From Azolla caroliniana (Eukaryota; Plantae; Polypodiophyta): a stretch of DNA of 64,000 nucleotides. Where the stretch lies: contig JBHGNT010000002.1 in the NCBI GenBank assembly GCA_043228905.1, positions 14,074,001-14,138,000 of the forward strand, read 5' to 3'. The position numbers were made by a program, and so were the translations under genes. Positions 55,795-64,000 of the stretch are shown here, in pieces (position 1 is the first letter of the stretch; each line of letters begins with the position of its first letter). The notes beneath the pieces are model-generated. The model worked only from the letters and a program-made list of their open reading frames with translations. It did no database searches and had not been told where the DNA came from.

Positions 55795-58700
55795 TGTTGT
55801 GAAGATTTTCCGCAATGGTGTGAAAATCACATAAAACGTACAAAATCGAGTATGAATCACATAAAACAATAATAGTGAAGATAACAATTTAATATCTAAG
55901 AACAAAATGATGGAGGCCTTCAAGAGCTTTCGAGTGCACTTTATTACACGAGAAACAGACAACTAGATGTCAAGATATGAGGGTATAAAGTTTGTGAAAA
56001 GAAAAGAGAAAATTGTGAGATATCCCACATAGGCACGACAAATACGGCTCTCATAATATATAAGGTAGAGCAAAAGCTATTATCTTTGTGTCTATGTGTG
56101 GAGCATAGAGAGTTCAAGGTAACTTGAACTAAGAGTGGAGGTGGCCTAGCCACTCGTAAAGGTTTTGGCCAACCAAAACCGGACTGGCGATGGAGTCAGT
56201 GATCTAGCGGCAGCCGGCAAAGTGACGATGGCACACCAGCAACTGGTGATCCGGTAGAACCGACATTTGGCGGTGCACCGGTGAGGCGGGGGCATTCGGT
56301 GCCGGCGAGGCGACGACATCCGGCGGTAGCCACCGGTAACCGGCGGCATCCAGAAACCGGCATCCGATGACTAGATAAATAAATATATAAATATATATAC
56401 AATATATATATGTACATATACAAGGAAAGTAAGTAAGGATTCGAACCTTCCACCTCTTAGTTAAGAGTCAATAGGGTTACCACTAAGCCATGACATTTAG
56501 TTGAAATTATATTTCTATCATTGTACTTTTACATATAAATTCTCATACATGAGAGCTAAAATGAGTGACATGGTTATCATGCACCACATGTAATACATGA
56601 GCGCCAAATGGCAAACATGCATTTTATGCATGTCTGGAACCCTCAAATGCATGAGGGCATCTATGAAAGAGGGAATGAAATCAATGGGGGGATTTTCTTG
56701 GAAAAAAAAGCTTTGTAGTTTAAATTAAAATTAATATTAAGAAGAAAATTCGTTATCCTTTTGATGATATACCTTGTTCTTGAAATCTAAAGTCAAGAGT
56801 TCTTAATCTCTCTCTCAATCTAAAATCAAGTGTTCTATCTTATCTCAATCTCTCTCTCTTTCAATCTATCTTAATTCCTTTCCCGCTAAAGTTTGTGCAA
56901 ACTTCTAGTCCTTCCGGTCCAGAACCCCGGCAGTTCCGCCTCGCGATCCGTGCCTAGTGGCGGATCTTCACGATATAATTAAGTGGTGAACCCGATGTGA
57001 AAGAGGCGGTAGGAAGGATCAAGTCGAGGATCAACCGATACTTGGTGATGGCATCATCAAGCAATCAAGCGGGAGAGCTCGAAAGGATGATGCTAATCGT
57101 TGAGCAAATGATGAGATCTCGGGACAACGACGCGAGCGTGGTGAAGGCTGTCGATCGTGTCGTAGAGCTCGAGGGCCAATTCGATGGAAGGAACGTTACG
57201 AAGTTCCTTGATGCATATAGAAGGGAGATGAAGCAGAGGGACGTGTCTGAAGCACGTCAAATCGCAAGCTTCAAGAGGGTGGTCGCCAACAACATCCAAA
57301 GACGCATCATCGAACTTCAAGAAGGTAAGAAAACATGGTCCGAGTTCGAGAAAATGATACTAGCGGAGTTCGCGACTGAAGACTCAACGAGGATCACTCG
57401 ACATGCCCTGATGAAGTGGATAGAGAAGAAGAATAAGAAGATGAGCACGTCGAGGGTGTACGACGAATTCGACCAGATGTTTGGCCTTCTCCCCAACACG
57501 GATCAAGTGCTACTTGAAGAGGACAAGACTTTATACTTCTTAAAAGCTGTGGACATGAAGGATAGAAGAGAGTTGGGGACTCTCCTCGAAGATGATACCC
57601 AAGTGAACGGGCTTGTGGCGGACTGGATTGCGGTGAAGCAAGCATGCAACAAGATCGATAGACATCGTCGATGGCTTGATGGTATTGACTTGGTAAGGCC
57701 GATCATAGAGAAAGCAAAACCATCCAAAGAAGTAGAGACACCTAAACAACGCATGCAACATGAAAAGAAGATTGATGATGAGTCGGGGACGATGACGACC
57801 ATTTCAAAGGAGGACAAATGGTTCAGAACATGCGTTGTGTTCGAAACAGAGAATGATGAAGGAGCAAGCCTAATCGAAGCTTCCATTAAAGGAGATAAAG
57901 AGTGCGAGATCGACATGATAGAGGATCTAGCCACTAAAATCGAGGAGGTGGCTGTGAGCAAGACAACAAGAGTCGACAACGACCATGGCGAGATTTTATC
58001 CGCACCTGTAGTAGAGACTTGGGCAATTGTGTCCGCTAACCAACGTGAGACTCAAGAGATGGGACGTGGCGGCGAAGAACCAGAGGTCGAAGCTAAAGAG
58101 AGAAGGATAATCGAAGCTTGTTCGATCAAGAGAGTCAATGGGTGCGAGGCCCATGAGATTGAAGAGATAGCCACGAAAAACGACATCGAGTCGGAGAGGG
58201 CTATGAACGAGTCAATGGCGATTGGTCCTATTGAGACGTTCGCACTGCTAACTCTAGAGACTTCAGCGGTTGCGATCGAAAGGCAACGTGAGACCGAAGA
58301 GACGGAAGATGGAGGAGAGACAACAAAGGTCAAAGCCGATGTATATGATGAAGAGATAGCCGAGAAGGAGGCTATGGACGAAACGACGGAGGAGGGTAAT
58401 ACTAAGGAATCCGGCCCACTAATTTTAGAGACTTCGGCGGTTGTGTCCAAAAACCAACATGAGACCGGAGAGACGGATGGTCGCAAAAAGGAAGAGAAGG
58501 ACAAAGATAGTATAGACAATGACGACGGCCAAATTTCCTCCACACTCTTTCTAGAGACTTGGGCAATTGCGTCCGAGAACCGATGTAAGACCCAAGAGAC
58601 AAGAGGTGATGGTGAAGAACCGAAGGCCGAAACTAATACATGTGGCAAAAGAAGGAAGCTGGCGGCGAAGAAGCAAAGGTCAATGTTGATTCACACAACG

Positions 58701-59555
58701 ACGGCAAGGAAGCAAAGATCAATGCTAATTCAAGATACATTAAGATGGAAATGGCTAAGTGCGGCATGAAAAAGGCAAACACCGGAAATGTATGGGTCCC
58801 TCCACACTCTTTTCGGAGACTTGGGCATTAACCGATCTAAGACCCAAGAGAAGGATAGTAACGGGGAAGAAGTAAGGGTTAAAGCTGATGTGTGCAACGA
58901 AGAATTTGCGCAAAATATGGCAAGGGATGGCGATGGCCAAGTGAGCCATGAGGATTTGACGGATGTGATCAAAACATCTATCAAAGACACTACTATTAAT
59001 GAGTCCAAGTGCCTTGAGCAAGGAGACGATCGAGACAAAGGCGGAACATTTATGAGACTTAAACGATTATCCTCAGGAAGGGAGCACTCAGGAAGGGAGC
59101 AAGGGGCCATGACAACAAGTCATGGTAAAGCAAAGAAAAGACGAATGATATGGTGGATTGGCTGGCAACCATGATTCGAGTGCAAAGGAAAGGACATGCT
59201 CGACGTGTAGGAGTCATGTTGATCACCATTGCAAAAATCTCACTTTCTCTCTTCTTGGCACGTACCGGAGGACGTGCGGTTTGGTGGGGGTGGATGTCGT
59301 AAAGATTTTCGGTAATGGTGTGAAAATCACATAAAACGTACAAAATCGAGTATGAATCATATAAAACAATAATAGTGAAGATAACATTTTAATATCTAAG
59401 TACAACATGATGGAGGCCTTCAAGAGCTTTCGAATGCACTTTATTGCACGAGAAACGGACAACTAGATGTCAAGATATGAGGGTATAAAGTTTGTGAAAA
59501 GAAAAAAGAAAATTGTGAGATATCCCACATAGGCACGACAAATACGGCTCTCATT
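55795..59555 (+). mobile_element. Non-autonomous Gag-only Gypsy element D (3' LTR truncated)
   Basis: 5' LTR 55795-56975, PBS TGGTGAACCCGATGTGA, PPT, partial 3' LTR 59295-59555. Confidence 0.9.
56997..58769 (+). CDS. gag: Element D Gag capsid plus acidic repeats (frameshifted tail to 59174)
   Basis: 590-aa ORF homologous to A; LETSAV/ETWA..QRET repeats; IWWIGW at about 59150. Confidence 0.82.
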   Translation: MKEAVGRIKSRINRYLVMASSSNQAGELERMMLIVEQMMRSRDNDASVVKAVDRVVELEGQFDGRNVTKFLDAYRREMKQRDVSEARQIASFKRVVANNIQRRIIELQEGKKTWSEFEKMILAEFATEDSTRITRHALMKWIEKKNKKMSTSRVYDEFDQMFGLLPNTDQVLLEEDKTLYFLKAVDMKDRRELGTLLEDDTQVNGLVADWIAVKQACNKIDRHRRWLDGIDLVRPIIEKAKPSKEVETPKQRMQHEKKIDDESGTMTTISKEDKWFRTCVVFETENDEGASLIEASIKGDKECEIDMIEDLATKIEEVAVSKTTRVDNDHGEILSAPVVETWAIVSANQRETQEMGRGGEEPEVEAKERRIIEACSIKRVNGCEAHEIEEIATKNDIESERAMNESMAIGPIETFALLTLETSAVAIERQRETEETEDGGETTKVKADVYDEEIAEKEAMDETTEEGNTKESGPLILETSAVVSKNQHETGETDGRKKEEKDKDSIDNDDGQISSTLFLETWAIASENRCKTQETRGDGEEPKAETNTCGKRRKLAAKKQRSMLIHTTTARKQRSMLIQDTLRWKWLSAA

Positions 59556-59599
59556 AAACCATCGGCTCTCATCCGACCAGTTGGCTCCTCCCACTAGAG

Positions 59600-60405
59600 G
59601 GACATATTCCTAAAAACAACACACATCTCTTTAGGTGCAAAGAATCATACCTGATTCTTTACATGGAATCTGAGCGATTTGGTAGCTTGATCTAGGCTAT
59701 TCGCGTATGTTGTTTTGCAAGCTGACGGTCAAGTAGAACTGGCTCATCGCTATCGCAGTGCGACTACATAGCTCGTGTTCAAGAGAAGGAAAAGAAGAAA
59801 GAAATCTACATCGACATAATGAATACTCAAATGGGGAGCGCTCTCCATAGCGAGAAGTTGGACAGAAATAACTTTGCATCTTGGGAGTACAAGATGCACT
59901 AATACCTTGTCGACCAAGGCTATTTGGGCTACATTCAAGGAGCACAAGAAAATCGACTCGACGCAACGACTCCCGGCTATTCAACATGAGAGAAAGCTCC
60001 AAGCCGAGTGATGTACTGCTTGGCGACATGTGTCCTTGATCACATACTTGGCTACATTCGAGAAGCCACGATGTCGAAGGAAGCGTGGGAGAATCTACGG
60101 AAGATTTTCGCGGCTAACACAACCGCAAGAAAGCTTCAACTCCACCAAGAGTTGAACAACATCCAACAAAGGGATATTTCCATCACAAGCTACACCTTGA
60201 AGATCAAGAAGCTTTGTGACTCATTCGACTCAATAAGCGTCAACGTGGAGGATGATGAGATGGTGCAAATATGCCTCAGCGGTCTCGCACCATAGTTCGG
60301 CGCAATGAGAACCATTGTTCTAGCAAGGGAGAATCCTCCCTCTTTCTTTGATCTTCAATCAATATTGTTGGTTGAAGAAAACCATGTTCGAACAAGGAGC
60401 AACGT
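59600..60405 (+). pseudogene. gag: Fragment of a K-related Copia (LTR end, PBS 59664-59675, gag)
   Basis: High similarity to 2590-3360 (MMYCLATCV..KIFAANTTARKLQL). Confidence 0.88.
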
Positions 60406-63400
60406 TGTTGGGGTAATTGTGATATGTGCGGCGAAGTCGCAGGGACTAAGGTTAATGGGAGTTGGCTATATATTTTATAAGGCTTGTGCGTTGACATTAG
60501 AAAGATTAAGGACAGGACGAAGAAGAGTTAAAAGTAATGTGTGTGAGAGAGATGAGTGTAGATAAAAGATAGAGACAATGTATGATTTAAGCAGTAAGAG
60601 TATATGATATGAACATGATTTATATTAAGAAAACAAGATTTTACCAATTTTACAATGCTTGATAGCAAGATGAAACCTTTCTCTACTAACTCTTGATTTG
60701 AACCCTCGACTTCAACTTCGAGGCCGAACACCGATGGTTGAAGAGTCGACTACGAGGACATCGACTATGACAGTTGACTGGGTGAGTCAACAGAAAGGAG
60801 ATCCAAGTTGAAAACGCAACCGATTGGTCGATGACCAGGCCGACTAGTCAGACCGACTGGATAGTTGATCCTAGAGTCGGCTGATAGCTACTTATTATTA
60901 TTATTATAGATAATAATAGTGGTGATGTATAGTAGGGGCTACATTTGTAAATATCAAATACTGTGTAGTAGTATAAATACACCTAGGGCAAACGTTATAG
61001 GTGTGGTTGTGAGAACAACTTGAGATTCTCTATTGTAACGAGCGATAGAGAAGTGTGAGAACAGGAAGAGAGAGTGTGCGAGGCGCCGTAGTTGTGTTCT
61101 ATAACAACAGTGTATAGAGTGTTGTAATCTGATCTCATTGTTGTACATCCACTGTATAGTGAATGTTGGCATAAAAGGCCGACTCCTTCCACTTTGTATC
61201 CTAGTGTGAACTCGTCCATATAGTTAGGGCTTAGTATATAAGAAATAACCTAACGTTGTAAATAAGAGATCACTTGATCATCCTGTACATCCGAGAAGTC
61301 CTCTACACTATAGAGGACTTCTACACGACATACGCCAATAGTTGACCAATCCTAAATCTGGATGAGATGATCGGCCAAGTCCTCACCGAGGACATTCAGC
61401 GAAAATCGATGGGACTTACCATCAATGAATCGGTAGAAGCCCATCACTCGACTGAACAAGAGAACAAGCTGACAGAGCCGGTTGGAATACCAACTGATAA
61501 AAAATGAGGGGAGACCGACAACAGTTGAAGGCGAGAACGGGCCGATCAAGCGAATTTTGCACACACTTTAGAAAAGGTGGTCACAATGTTTCCGACTGTT
61601 GGTCGATCAAGAGGAAAGAGAGTGGTCGGCGATCTGACCGAAACTGAGGACGACCCGACTCGGACCACTCTCCAGTAGGCAACCAAATCAACATGGACGA
61701 CACCCGATCAGGAGAAATTCTTTCTTTAGAGCACTTGATGATCGGAGAAGTCCTCTACACTATAGAGGATGCACACACGTGACTACTGGATTTTGGTGCC
61801 ACATTCCACGTGACCCCCAACATTGAATGGTTTTCGAACTATTTAGTCGATGCTAGCAGCATAGTTTGACTAGGCAATGGGTAGGAGTGCAGAAGCGTGG
61901 GGGTTCAACATGTACCTGATCTGAAAAGGAGTCTGGTCTCAATCGGCATGCTAGTCGAAGACGGGTACAAAACGACTCTAAGTGAGTCAGTATGGATGAT
62001 CAACTGAGGAAACCTGAAGATAGGAGGTGGGCATAAGTACAATAACTTGTACCCACTGATGGCGATCAATCCAGAAGGGGCCGTGAGTGGACTCAAACCT
62101 ATGGCATGGCAAACTTAGCCATATGTCTCAAGCCTGACTTGATCGGTTGATGGCGATCTGCCACATCCCTAAACTCCAAGCAAAGACGGACTTCTGCGAG
62201 CACTATCGATACGGGAAATAGACTGAAGTCCGCATACTCTCCGTGCTACGAGATGGTACGAAAACCCCTAGAACTCGTGAGTTGTGCACACAAATATATG
62301 TGGGCCCATGCCAGAGCGATCACTAGGAGACTCCGATACTTCATCACCTTTGTAGATGACTGTACACGGAAGGTTTGGGCCTACTCCATTAGAGTGAAGA
62401 CACTCTAATCCGACAACAAAGGCGAATATACCTCTAGATCCTTCAAGCAGTACCTGTCCAACAAAGGGATCAGGCATCAAAGAACTGTTCCTTACACACC
62501 CATGCAGAATGGATCAACCAAACGATCCAAGAGAGGGTGAGAACAATGCTCCAACAAGCTGGACTAAAGTTGGAGTTCTGAGTTGAAGCATTGCAGACGC
62601 CAGTACACTTGGTAAATCTATCATCGTCAAAGGCAACCAAGGTCGAATTGCCACATGCACTATGGTCAGGCAAATAGCCGACCTACGATAGGCTCTGTGT
62701 ATTCGGATGCGAAGCCTACGCGTTCATCCCCAGGAAGAAATGAACCAAGTTGGCACTCCATTCAGCAAAATGCATATTTCTCGGTTATGGAACTGATGGG
62801 GATTTTGGCTACTAGCTATGGGACCCTGAGAACCAGAAACTAATCCGTAGTAGTGATGTAGTCTTCAATGAAGGCTCTATCTTCTCTTAGGGGAACAAGT
62901 AGAACATAGTTGGTAAAAAGGTATCCTTCGAAGTCGACAAAGATGTCGTAGAAGGACCATCCCACCCAGCCAACTTAGAGATTCGACAAACAATCGAACT
63001 CGACCAAGCCGACAACATATCTGCCGACTCCGAATCAGTAGGAAGTCCAATAGTCGAACTCGAAGACAAATCCATCAAAGACAATGCCGATTCAACAAGA
63101 GACGAAGAAGGAAAAGTCAACAAGATGCGAGTAGGAAATAGAACCGAGTCGAGAAAGTCCATAGGGGAGGACAACATGACACCACCAAAATCCTGACTTG
63201 GGGGCTGGTCACCTAACAAGACTCCTGACACAAATGGTTCAACAAATACCGATCTCCCAATAGAGCCAATTGAAGAATCCGAACCACTTATCTCAGCATC
63301 CAGGAGATCTAGACGAGCTCGAAGGCCAACAGAGTTTTTTCAACCTAGCCTCAACTACGTCAATTACACCGATGTAGGAGAACCAAGCACTCATGAAGAA

Positions 63401-64000
63401 GCTATGGCCACAACGGATGCCGAAAAATGGCTCCAAGCCATGAAATCCGAATGGGCTCGATTCACAAGAATCAGACATGGGAGCTGGTCGAACTACCAGT
63501 TGGAAGAAACCCGCTACCTTAAAAATGGGTTTTCCGATACAAATATGTATTTGACTCAGAGAAACCCAAGTACAAAGCTTGGCTTCTCGCGAAAGGGTTC
63601 AAACAAGAAATGGGGTCGACTATGACGAGATAATCTCACCAGTAGTCAAGATCACCAGTAGTTGACTATGAGTTGTGGCGACAGAAGACCTAGAACTAGA
63701 GCAACTGGATGTAAAGACAGAATTCCTACACCGAGATCTGGAAGAAGATATCTACATGTCTCAACCGGCAGACTTCACGGCGATGGGGGAGGACAGTCAC
63801 CTTGTATGTCGACTGAAGAAAAGTCCCTATGGCTTGAAGTAAACGTCAAGGATGTGGTACCAGAAGTTCGACTCCTACATCAGGTAGCTTGGATACTGTC
63901 GATCCAACTCCGACCCATGTATGTATGTATGTTCGGCAACTGGCCAATGAGTCTAGGAATTATCTAATTGTATATGTCGATGACATGCTGATTGCAGGAA
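60406..64000 (+). mobile_element. Old, highly degenerate Copia (LTR about 60406-61200; PR, IN and RT remnants)
   Basis: Remnants W.LDFGATFHVTP, YFITFVDD, KCIFLGYG, EQLDVKT.FL, YVDDML; many stops. Confidence 0.8.

Noticed and set aside
56430-56500. Functional tRNA gene or inserted SINE in the LTRs
   Set aside because: Boxes are present but acceptor, D and anticodon stems do not pair consistently; there is no SINE tail or TSD, and the module is at a homologous position in all LTR types
60694-60706. B-box-like GGTTCAAATC (minus strand) in the last Copia LTR
   Set aside because: No A-box at the 43-nt spacing and only a single occurrence

Overview
The window is essentially all transposable element: a stack of nested plant LTR retrotransposons with no recognisable host gene. 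The family types suggest a moss or early land plant such as Physcomitrium, but that is inference. It holds about nine Ty1/Copia elements or fragments (tRNA-iMet PBS, 5-bp TSDs), one near-intact autonomous Ty3/Gypsy element (8439-16146, minus strand), four non-autonomous Gag-only relatives of it (here called A, B, C, D), and a second Gypsy lineage (F, 31129-47415) with a large extra 3' ORF. Nesting reaches six levels: Copia J > A > C > Copia E > Gypsy F > Copia G. The most striking signals concern the tRNA-Trp-primed Gypsy group. (1) All five otherwise divergent LTR types carry an antisense RNA polymerase III-type A-box/B-box module with exactly 43-nt spacing. (2) The autonomous element joins Gag-protease to RT-RH-IN through a candidate -1 frameshift (GGAUUUU plus a pseudoknot). 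(3) All their insertion sites are 4-bp NCGN. (4) The non-autonomous elements encode different capsids grafted onto one shared acidic-repeat/Trp-motif tail, and element B appears to have captured the helper's LTR ends and capsid N-terminus. Coordinates were counted by eye and may be off by a few bases.
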